Origin: the human T2T-CHM13v2.0 reference genome, Homo sapiens
DNA: 64,000 bases
Reading direction: 5' to 3' (one strand)
Assembly (NCBI RefSeq): GCF_009914755.1
Contig: NC_060929.1
Below, piece by piece: positions 53,201 through 64,000 of the stretch. How positions within the stretch are numbered: position 1 is the stretch's first letter; each line of letters starts with the position of its first letter. Made by a program: the position numbers and the translations under genes. Under the pieces are notes generated by a model. The model saw only the letters and a list, made by a program, of their open reading frames with translations. It was not told the origin of the DNA and ran no database searches.

Positions 53201-56200
53201 TGGATATTTTCACCTCTTTGAGGCCTTCGTTGGATACGGGTTTTTTTTCATGTAAGGCTAGACAGAAGAATTCTCAGTAACTTCCTTGTGTTGTGTGTAT
53301 TCAACTGACAGAGTTGAACTTTCATTTAGACAGAGCAGATTTGAAGCACTCTTTTTGTGGAATTTGCAAGTGGAGATTTCAAGCGCTTTGAGGCCAAAGG
53401 CAGAAAAGGAAATATCTTCGTATAAAAACTAGACAGAATCATTCTCAGAAACTGCTCTGCGATGTGTGCGTTCAACTCTCAGGGTTTAACTTTTCTTTTC
53501 ATTCAGCAGTTTGGAAGCACTCTGTTTGTAAAGTCTGCAAGTGGATATTTTGACCTCTTTGAGGCCTTCGTTGGAAACGGGTTTTTTTCATGTAAGTCTA
53601 GACAGAAGAATTCCCAGTAACTTCCTTGTGTTGTGTGCATTCAGCTCACAGAGTTGAACGTTCCCTTAGAGAGAGCAGATTTGAAACACACTTTTTGTGC
53701 AATTGGCAAGTGGAGATTTCAAGCGCTATAAGGTCAATGGCAGAAAAGGAAATATCTTCGTTTCAAAACTAGACAGAATTATTCCCACAAACTGCGTTGT
53801 GATGTGTTCGTTCAACTCACAGAGTTTAAACTTTCTTTTCATAGAGCTGTTAGGAAACACTCTGTTTGTAAAGTCTATAAGTGGATATTCTGATATCTTG
53901 TGGCCTTCGTTGTAAACGGGATTTCTTCATATTCTGCTAGACAGAAGAATTCTCAGTAACTTCCTTGTGTTGTGTGTATTCAATTCACAGAGTTGAACGA
54001 TGGTTTACACAGAGCAGATTTGAAACACTCTTTTTGTGGAATTTGCAAGTGGAGATTTCAGACGCTTTGAGGTCAATGGTAGAAAAGGAAATATCTTCGT
54101 ATAAAAACTAGACAGAATCTTTCTCAGAAACTTCTTTGTGATGTGTGCGTTCAACTCACAGAGTTTAACCTTTCTTTTCATAGAGCAGTTAGGAAACACT
54201 CTGTTTGTAAACTCTGCAAGTGGATATTCAGACCTCTTTCAGGCCTTCGTTGGAAACGGGATTTCGTCATATTATGCTAGACAGAAGAATTCTCAGAAAC
54301 TTCCTTGTGTTGTGTGTATTCAACTCACAGAGTTGAAAGATCCTTTACACAGAGCAGACTTGAAACACTCTTTTTGTGGAATTTGCAAGTGGAGATTTCA
54401 GCCGCTTTGAGGTCAATGGTAGAAAAGGAAATCTCTTCGTATAAAAACTAGACAGAATGATTCTCAGAAACTCCTTTGTGAAGTGTGCGTTCAACTCACA
54501 GATTTTAACCTTTCTTTTCATAGAGCAGTTAGGAAACACTCTGTTTGAAAAGTCTGCAAGTGGATATTCAGACAGTTTTGAGGCCTTCGTTGGAAACGGG
54601 ATTTCTTCATATTATGCTAGACAGAAGAATTCTCAGTAACTTCCTCGTGTTGTGTGTATTCAACTCACAGAGTTGAACGATCCTTTACACAGAGCAGACT
54701 TGAAACACTCTTTTTGTGGAATTTGAAAGTGGAGATTTCAGCCGCTTTGAGGTCAATGGTAGAAAAGGAAATATCTTCGTATAAAAACTAGACAGAATGA
54801 TTGTCAGAAACTCCTTTGTGATGGGTGTGTTCAATTTACAGAGTTTAACTTTTCTTTTCATAAAGCAGTTAGGAAACACTCTGTTTGTAAAGTCTGCAAG
54901 TGGATATTTTGACCTATTTGAGGCCTTCGTTGGAAACGGGTTTTTTTCCTGTAAGGCTAGATAGAAGAATTCCCAGTAACTTCCTTGTGTTGTGTACATT
55001 CAACTCACAGTGTTGAACGTTCCCTTAGACAGAGCAGATTTGAAACACTCTTTTTGTGCAATTGGCAAGTGGAGATTTCAAGCGCTTTAAGGTCAATGGC
55101 AGAAAAGGAAATATCTTCATTTCAAAACTAGACAGAATCATTCCCACAAACTGCGTTGTGATGTGTTCGTTCAACTCACAGGGTTTAACCTTTCTTTTCA
55201 CAGAGCAGTTAGGAAACACTCTGTTTGTAAAGTCTGCACGTGGATATTTTGACCTCTTTGAGGCCTTCGTTGGAAACGGGTTTTTTCATATAAGGCTAGA
55301 CAGAAGAATTCTCAGAAACTCCCTTGTGTGGTGTGTATTCAACTGACAGAGTTGAACTTTCATTTAGACAGAGCAGATTTGAAACCCTCTTTATGTGGAA
55401 TTGGCAAGTGGAGATTTCAAGCGCTTTGAGACCAAAGGCAGAAAAGGAAATATCTTCGTTTCAAAACTAGACAGAATCATTCCCACAAACTGCGTTGTGA
55501 TGTGTTCGTTCAACTCACAGGGTTTAACCTTTCTTTTCATAGAGCAGTTAGGAAACACTCTGTTTGTAAAGTCTGTAAGGGGATATTCTGACATCTTGTG
55601 GCCTTCGTTAGAAACGGGATTTCTTCATATTCTGCTAGACACAAGAATTCTCAGTAACTTCCTTGTGTTGTGTGTATACAACTCACAGAGTTGAACGATC
55701 CTTTACACAGAGCAGACTTGAAACACTCTTTTTGTGGAATTTGCAAGTGGAGATTTCCGCCTCTTTGAGGTCCATGGTAGAAAAGGAAATATCCTCGTAT
55801 AAAAACTAGACAGAATGATTCTCAGAAACTCCTTTGTGATGAGTGCGTTCAACTCACAGAGTTTAACCTTTCTTTTCATAGAGCAGTTAGGAAACACTCT
55901 GTTTTTAAAGTCTGCACGTGGATATTTTGACCTCTTTGAGGCCTTCCTTGGAAACGGGATTTTTTCATAGAAGGCTAGACAGAAGAATTCTCAGTAACTT
56001 CCTTGTGTTGTGTGTATTCAACTGACAGAGTTGAACTTTCATTTAGACCGAGCAGATTTGAAACACTATTTATGTGGAATTGGCAATTGGAGATTTCAAG
56101 CTCTTTGAGGCCAAAGGCAGAAAAGGAAATATCTTCGTTTCAAAACTAGACAGAATCATTCCCACAAACTGCGTTGTGATGTGTTCGTTCAACTCACAGA

Positions 56201-58649
56201 GTTTAACCTTTCTTTTCATAGAGCAGTTAGGAGACACTCTGTTTGTAATGTCTGCAAGTGGATATTCAGACCTCTTTGAGGCCTTCGTTGGAAACGGGAT
56301 TTCTTCATATTATGCTACACAGAAGAATTCTCAGTAACTTCCTTGTGTTGTGTGTATTCAACTCACAGAGTTGAACGATCCTTTACACAGAGCAGATTAG
56401 AAACACTTCTTTTGTGGAATTTGCAAGTGGAGATTTCAGCCGCGTTGAGGTCAATGGTAGAAAAGGAAATATCTTCGTATAAAAACTAGACAGAATGATT
56501 CTCAGAAACTCCTTTGTGATGTGTGCGTTCAACTCACAGAGTTTAACTTTTCTTTTCATAGAGCAGTTAGGAAACACTCTGTTTGTAAAGTCTGCAAGTG
56601 GATATTCATACCTCTTTGAGGCCTTCGTTGGAAACGGGATTTCTTCATATTCTGCTAGACAGAAGAATTCTCAGTAACTTCCTTGTGTTGTGTGTATTCA
56701 AGTCACAGAGTTGAACGATCCTTTACACACAGCAGATTTGAAACACTCTTTTTGTGTAATTTGCAAGTGGAGATTTCTGCCACTTTGAGGTCAATGGCAG
56801 AAAAGGAAATATCTTCTTTTAAAAACTATACAGAATGATTCTCAGTAAGTTCTTTGTGATGTGTGCGTTCAACTCACAGGGTTTAACCTTTCTTTTCATA
56901 GAGCACTTAGGAAACACTCTGTTTGTAAAGTCTGCAAGTGGATATTCAGACCTCTTTGAGGCCCTCGTTGGAAACGGGATTTCTTCATATTATGCTAGAC
57001 AGAAGAATTCTCAGTAACTTCCTTGTGTTGTGTGTATTCAACTCACAGAGTTGAACGATCCTTTACACAGAGCAGATTAGAAACACTGTTTTTGTGGAAT
57101 TTGCAGGTGGAGATTTCAGCCGCTTTGAGGTCAATAGTAGAAAAGGGAATATCTTCGTATAAAAACTAGACAGAATCATTCCCAGAAACTGCTCGGCGAT
57201 GTGTGCTTTCCACTCTCAGAGTTTTACTTTTCTTTTCATTCAGCAGTTTGGAAACACTCTTTTTTTAAAGTCTGCACGTGGATATTTTGACCTCTTAGAG
57301 TCCTTCGTTGGAAACGGGTTTTTTTCCTGTAAGGCTAGACAGAAGAATTCCCAGTAACTTCCTTGCGTTGTGTGCATTCAACTCACAGAGTTGAACGTTC
57401 CCTTAGACAGAGCAGATTTGAAACACTGTTTTTGTGCAATTTGCAAGTGGAGATTTCAAGTGGTTTAAGGTCAATGGCAGAAAAGGAAATATCTTCGTTT
57501 CAAAACTAGACAGAATCATTCCCACAAACTGCGTTGTGATGTGTTCGTTCAACTCACAGATTTAAACTTTTCTTTTCATAGAGCAGTTAGGAAACACTCT
57601 GTTTCTAAAGTCTGTAAGTGGATATTCTGACATCTTGTGGCCTTATTGGAAACGGGATTTCTTCATATTCTGCTAGACAGAAGAATTCTCAAAATCTTCC
57701 TTGTGTTGTGTGTATTCAACTCACAGAGTTGAACGATCCTTTACACAGAGCAGGCTTGAAACACACTTTTTTTGGAATTTGCAAGTGGAGATTTCAGCCG
57801 CTTTGAGGTCAATGGTAGAAAAGGAAATATCTTCGTATAAAAACTAGACAGAATGATTCTCAGAAACTCCTTTGAGATGAGTGCGTTCAACTCACAGAGT
57901 TTAACCTTTCTTTTCATAGAGCAGTTAGGAAACACTCTGTTTGTAAAGTCTGCACGTGGATATTTTGACCTCTTTGAGGCCTTCTTTGGAAACGGGTTTT
58001 TTTCATATAAGACTAGACAGAAGAATTCTCAGTAACTTCCTTGTGTTGTGTGTATTCAACTGACAGAGTTGAACTTTCATTTAGACCGAGCAGATTTGAA
58101 ACACTCTTTTTGTGGAATTTGCAAGTGGAGATTTCAAGCGCTTTGAGGCCAAAGGCAGAAAAGGAAATATCTTCGTATAAAAACTAGACAGAATCATTCT
58201 CAGAAACTGCTCTGCGATGTGTGCGTTCAACTCTCAGAGTTTAACTTTTCTTTTCATTCAGCAGTTTGGAAACACTCTGTTTGTAAAGTCTGCAAGTGGA
58301 TGTTTTGACCACTTAGAGGCCTTCGTTGGAAACGGGTTTTTTTCATGTAAGGCTAGACAGAAGAATTCCCAGTAACTTCCTTGTGTTGTGTGCATTCAAC
58401 TCACAGATTTGAACGTTCCCTTAGACAGAGCAGATTTGAAACACTCTTTTTGTGCAATTGGCAAGTGGAGATTTCAAGCGCTTTAAGGTCAATGGAAGAA
58501 AAGGAAATATCTTCGTTTCAAAACTAGACAGAATCATTCGCACAAACTGCGTTGTGATGTGTGCGTTCAACTCACAGAGTTTAACCTTTCTTTTCATAGA
58601 GCAGTTAGGAAACACTCTGTTTGTAAACTCTGCAAGTGGATATTCAGAC
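50250..58649 (+). repeat. Divergent edge layer of SF1 dimeric alpha satellite
   Basis: Same dimer frame but many more private substitutions and indels, irregular dimer order and several broken CENP-B boxes. The left boundary is approximate. Confidence 0.8.
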
Positions 58650-60271
58650 TAGAAAAGTGTTACATCACCTGGGTGATCAGTGTAGAGATATGTCACAATG
58701 TCCCCTGTAGGCAAAGCCTAGTCAAGTGTTACATCGCCTTTGTCATCAGTTCAGGGATATGTGAAAACGCCCCTGGAGGCAGGGCCTAGACAACAGTTAT
58801 AACCCCTAATTATCAATGCGGAGATATTTCACAATACTCCTGTAGGCAGATGCTAGACAAGAGTTGAATCACCTGGGTGATCAGTGCAGAGATATGTCAC
58901 AAAGCTCCTGTAGGCAGAACTTAGATGAGTTACATCTCTTGGGTGATCAGTGCAAAGCTATGTCACAAAGCTCCCTGAATGCAAAGCCTAGACAATATTT
59001 ACATCAGTTACTTGGGTGATCAGTGGCTATATCTCTCACAATTCCCCTGAAGGCAGAGCTTATACAACACTTACATCACCTGAGTGATCAGTGTAGAGGT
59101 ACGTCACTGTGCCCCCATAGGCAGATCCAAGACAAGAGTCCGTCACCTAGGTGATCAGTGCAGAGATATGTGAGAATTCCCGTGTAGGCAAAGCCTAGAC
59201 AAGTGTTACACAATCTAGGTTATCAGTGCCACTATAAATCCTAAAGCATCCTGTAAGCAGAGCATAGACAAGAGTACCCTCCCCAGAGTGATAAGTGCAG
59301 AGATGTGTCACAAAGCCCATTTAGGCAGAGCCTAGACAAGAGTTTCATCACTTGTTTGATCAGTTCAGAGATGTGTCACAATGTCCATGTAGGCAGATCT
59401 AAGACAAGAGTCCATCACCTGGGTGATCAGTGAAGAGATATGTACTAATATCCCCTGTAGTCAGTGCCTAGACAAGAGTTGCATCACCTCAGAGATCATT
59501 GCAGAGATATATCACAAAGTCTTCTGTAGGCAAAGCCCATACAAGGCTTACATCACCTAGGTGATCAATACAGTGTTATGTCTCAAAAGTCCCTGTAGAC
59601 AGAGCCTATAAAAGAGTTACATCACCTGGTTGATCAGTGCAGATATTTGACACAATACCCCCATGGACAGAACCTAGACAAGACTTCCATCACCTGGGTG
59701 ACCAGTGCAGAGATATGTCACAAATCCCCCTGTAGGCAGAGTATAGAGAAGAGTCCCATCACCTGGGTGATCAGTGAAGTGATATTTCACAAAGCCCCTG
59801 TGGGCAGAGTGGTCAAGAGTTACATAACCTATGTGATCTGTGCAGAGTTATGTCAAAACGCCCCTGTAGGCAGAGCCCAGATAAATGTTACATCACCTGG
59901 GAGATCAGTACAGACATACGTCACAATACCCCCTGTAAGTGGAGCCTAGACAAGAGTTAGACCACCTGGGTGATCAGTGCAGAGATACGTCACAATAACC
60001 CCTGTAGGTGGAGCCTAGACAAGAATTACATCTCCTGGGTGATCAGTGCAGAAATATGTCACAAACCCGTGTAGGCCGACCAAGACAAGAGTTACATCTC
60101 CTGGGTGATCAGTGCAAAGATATGTCACAAAGCCCCCTGTAGACAAATCCCAGAAAATTGGTACATCACCTGGTCGATCAGTGGACATATCTGTCACAAT
60201 CCCCTTTAGGCACAGCTTAGACAAGCGTTACATCAGATGAGTGATGAGTTCAGAGATATCTCACCGTGCCC
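58650..60271 (+). repeat. Beta satellite (68-bp Sau3A/BSR family), about 24 diverged monomers
   Basis: ~68-bp unit close to GATCAGTGCAGAGATATGTCACAATGCCCCTGTAGGCAGAGCCTAGACAAGAGTTACATCACCTGGGT, with a GATC site in most units. 1622 bp / 68 is about 24. Confidence 0.96.
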
Positions 60272-63200
60272 AATTCCATTCCATTGCATTCCCTTCCATT
60301 GCATTCGTGTTGATTCCATTCCATTCCATTCCATTCCATTCCATTCCATCCCATTCCATTCCATTCCATCCCATTCCAGTCCATTCCTTTCCATTCCATT
60401 CCACTCGGGTTGATTCCATTCCATTCCTTTCCATTCCATTCCATTCCCTTCCATTCCACTCGGGTTGATTCCATTCCTTTCCATTCCAGTCGATTACATT
60501 CCTTTCTATTCCACTTGGAATGATTCCTTTCCATTCCATTCCATTCCATTCCATTCCATTCCATTCCATTCCATTCCATTTCGTTCCATTCCACTCTATT
60601 CCGTACCATTCCATTCCATTGCATTGCATTCCATTCCAATCTGGTTGATTCCATTCCATTCAATTCCATTCCATTCCATTTAATTTCATTCGATTACCAC
60701 ACAATTCCATTCCAATCCATTCTATGCAATTCCTTTCCATTCCACTCGGGTTGAATCCACTCCATTCCATTTCAATATATTCCATTCCAGTAAATTCCAT
60801 TCCATTCCATTCCATTCCATTCCACTCGGGTTGATTCCATTCCATTCCATTCTGTTCCATTCCATTCCATTCCATGCCATTGCATTCCATTGCATTTCAT
60901 TCCATTGCACTCCATTCAATTTCATTGCATTCTATTACATTCGGGTAGATTCCCTTCCATTCCACTCGGAATGATTCCATTCATTTCCATTGCATTCCAT
61001 TCCAATCCATTCCATTCCATTCCATTCCACTCTAGTTGATTCCATTCCATTCCATTCCATTCCATTCCATTCCATTCCATTCCGTTCCATTCCATTCCAT
61101 TCCATTCCATTCGGGTTGATTCTATTCAATTCCTTTACACTCCATTCCATTCCGTTCCATTCCACACAATTCCATTCCATTCCATTCCATTCCGATTGTG
61201 TTGAATCCATTCCATTCCATTTCGTTCCATTCCATTCTATTCTGTACCATTCCATTCCACTCCATTCCTTTCCATTCCATGCCATTCCAGTCAAGTTGAT
61301 TCCATTCCATTCCATTCCATTCGGGTTGATTCCTTTCCATTCCATTCCATTCCATTCCATTCCATTCCATTCCATTCCATTCCATTCCTTTCCATTCCAT
61401 TCCATTCCATTCCATACTATTCAATTCCATTCCATTCCACTCCATTCCATTCGGGATAATTCCATTCCATTCCATTCCATTCCATTCCATTCCATTCCAT
61501 TCCATTCCATTCCATTCCATTCCATTCCACTCTGTTTGATTCAGTTCCATTCCATTCTATTCCATGCGATTTGATTCCATTCCATTCTATTCCATTTCAT
61601 TCCATTCCACGCCATACGATTCCATTCCATTCCATTCCATTCATGCACATTCCACTCCATTCCATTCCATTCCATTCCTTTCTGGTAGATTCCATTCCAT
61701 TCCATTCCATTCCATTCCATTCCGTTGCACTCGGGTCGATTCCATTCCTTTCCATTCCACTTGATTACATTCACTTCCATTCCACTCGGAATGATTCTAT
61801 TCCATTCCATTCCATTCCAATGCATTCCATTCTAATCCATTCCATTCCATTCCATTCCATTCCATTCCATTCCTTTCCATTCCGTTCCATTCAATTCCGT
61901 TCAATTCGGGTTGATTCTATTCAATTCCTTTACACTCCTTTCCATTCCATTCCATTCCACACAATTCCATTCCATTCCATACCATACAATTCTAATTGTG
62001 TTGAATCCATTCCATTCCATTTCGTTCCATTCCATTCTATTCCGTACCACTCCACTCCTTTCCATTCCATTCCATTCCATGCCATTCCACTCGGGTTGAT
62101 TCCATTCCACTCCATTCCATTCGGGTTGATTCCATTCCATTCCATTCCATTCCATTCAATTGCTCTCAGGTTGATTCCATTCCATTCCATTCCATTCCAT
62201 TCCATTCCATTCCATTCGTTTCCATTCCATTCCACTCGTGTTGATTCCATTCCATTCCTTTCCATTCCATTCCATTCCCTTCCATTCCAGTCGTGTTGAT
62301 TTCATTTCCATTCCACTCGATTACATTCCCTTCCATTCCACTCGGAATGATTCCATTCCATTCCATTCCCTTCCATTACATTCCATTCCAATCCATTCCA
62401 TTCCATTCCATTCCACTCGATTTGATTCCTTTCCATTCCATTCCATTCCATTCCATTCCATTCCATTCCATTCCACTCCATTGCACTCAGGTTGATTCCA
62501 TTCCTTTCCATTCCACTCTATTACATTCCCTTCCATTCCACTCGGAATGATTCCGTTCCATTCCATTCCATTCCATTGCATTCCATTCCAATCCATTCCA
62601 TTCCATTCCATTCCACCCGAGTTGATTCCATTCCATTCCATTCCATTCCATTCCTTTCCATTCCATTCCATTCCATTCCATTCCATTCCATTCCATTCCA
62701 TGCCATTCCATGCCATTCCACTCGGGTTGTTTCCATTCCATTCCATTCCTTTCCATTTCATTCTATTCCATTCCACAGGAGTTGATTCCATTCCGTTCCA
62801 GTCCATTTCATTCCACTGCACTCCATTCGATTCCATTCCATTCCATTCCATTTGGGTAGTTTCCATTCCATTCCATTCCATTCCACTCCATTCCATTCCA
62901 CACAGGTTCCCTCAATTCCATTCCATTCCATTCCTTTCCATTACAATCCAGTTGATTCCATTCCATAGAATTCCATTCCATTCCATTCCATTCCATTCCA
63001 CTCGGGTTCTTGCCATTCCATTACATTCCATTCCATTCTTTTCCATTCCAGTCCACTCGGGTTGATTCCTTTCCATTCCATTCCATTCCATTCCATTCCA
63101 TTCCAGTCCATTGCACTACGTTTGATTCCATTCCATTACTTTCAAATCCACTCCATTCAATTCCATTTCATTGCTTTACATTCAATTCCATTCGATTCCA

Positions 63201-64000
63201 TTCCACTCCACTCCACTCTGGTTGATTCCATTTCCTTCCATTCCATTCCATTCCCTTCCATTCCACTCGGGTTGATTCCATTTATTCCTTTCCATTCCAT
63301 TCCATTCCATTCCATTGCATTCCATTCCAATCCATTCCATTCCATTCCATTCCACTCGAGTTGATTCCATTCCATTTCATTCCATTCGATTACATTCCGT
63401 TCCGTTCCATTCCCTTCCATTCCATTCCATTCGGGTTTATTCTATTCAATTCCTTTACAATCTATTCCATTCCATTCCATTCCACACAATTCCATTCCAT
63501 TCCTTTCCACTCCTATTGGGTTGAATCCATTTCGTTCCACTTCTTTCCATTCCATTCTATTCCATACCATTCCATTCCATTCATTTCCTTACCATTCCAT
63601 GCCATTGTAATCGGGTTGATTCAATTTCATTCCATTCTATTCGGGTTGATTCCATTCCATTCCATTCCATTCCATTCCATTCCATTCCCATCCGCTCCGT
63701 TCCATTCCATCCCATTCATTCGGGTTGATTCTATTCAATTCCTTTACACTCCATTCCATTCCATTCCATTCCACACAATTCCATTCCATTCCATTCCATT
63801 TCATGTGGGTTCAATGCATTCTATTCCATTTCGTTCCATTCATTTCTATTCCGTAGTATTCCTTTCCATTACATTCTATTCCATTCCATGCCATTCTACT
63901 CGGGTTGATTCCATTCCATTCCATTCCATTCCCTTCCATTCCACTCGGGTTAATTCCATTCCATTCCTTTCCATTCCATTCCATTCCCTTCCATTCCACT
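60272..64000 (+). repeat. Human satellite 3 (HSat3), (ATTCC)n with the C-rich strand on +
   Basis: Long ATTCC pentamer runs interspersed with ACTCGGGTTG-type 10-mers, which is typical of satellite III rather than HSat2 (CATTCGATTC-rich). The array runs off the right edge. Confidence 0.97.

Larger units (their letters stand above)
1..58649 (+). repeat. Alpha-satellite (alphoid) array, SF1-type 340-bp dimer organised into HORs
   Basis: Two alternating ~170-bp monomers give a 339-340 bp period. GAATTC (EcoRI) and CTTCGTTGGAAACGGG recur every ~340 bp. Typical alphoid blocks are present (CATTCTCAGAAACT, TTCAACTCACAGAGTT, GAAACACTCTTTTTGT). One orientation throughout; the array runs off the left edge. 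Confidence 0.99.

Noticed and set aside
4-58652. Large families of repeated 60-128 aa ORFs (MFPNCSMKRK..., MILRNSFV..., MQLASGDF...)
   Set aside because: These are chance open frames of the alphoid dimer, overlapping on both strands and often starting at non-ATG codons, with no domain or gene structure. They were used only as positional markers.
58559-60224. ORFs crossing the alpha/beta junction or lying in beta satellite (76, 100, 69 aa)
   Set aside because: They are translations of 68-bp repeats with no support for coding function.
58650-60271. CRISPR-like look (68-bp period with a palindromic core)
   Set aside because: The intervening segments are homologous to one another rather than unique spacers, no cas genes are present, and the unit matches primate beta satellite.
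60233-63999. Low-complexity ORFs (MEWNG / IPFHS repeats, up to 242 aa)
   Set aside because: The ATTCC/GGAAT pentamer has no stop codon in any frame, so long ORFs are expected; these are well-known spurious satellite translations.
1-64000. Transposon insertion (L1/Alu), inversion or unique island
   Set aside because: I saw no poly(A) tail, target-site duplication, strand switch or non-satellite segment. The alpha register shifts only by 1-2 bp indels.
60272-64000. Stress-induced SatIII non-coding RNA locus
   Set aside because: HSF1-driven transcription is established mainly for the 9q12 HSat3 array and cannot be inferred for this block from sequence alone.

Overview
This window is entirely non-coding primate (most likely human) centromeric and pericentromeric satellite DNA. 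It spans the edge of an alpha-satellite array. (1) 1-58649: suprachromosomal family 1 (SF1)-type alpha satellite, about 172 dimers of 340 bp in one orientation, with a CENP-B box site in every second monomer. The dimers form variable-length higher-order repeats (HORs of 6, 8, 14, 16, 18, 20, 24 and 30 monomers) with nested recent duplications of 5778, 3738, 1020 and 680 bp, and they become more divergent beyond about 50 kb. (2) 58650-60271: about 24 diverged copies of 68-bp beta satellite, joined directly to the alpha array. (3) 60272-64000: human satellite 3, (ATTCC)n with ACTCGGGTTG interruptions. All ORFs in the supplied track are artefacts of translating repeats. I found no gene, RNA gene, transposon or CRISPR array, and no evidence of a new protein-coding system. 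The points of interest are array architecture, junctions and mutational gradients. A chromosome 10 (D10Z1-like) origin is a tentative inference only. All variant counts were made by eye.
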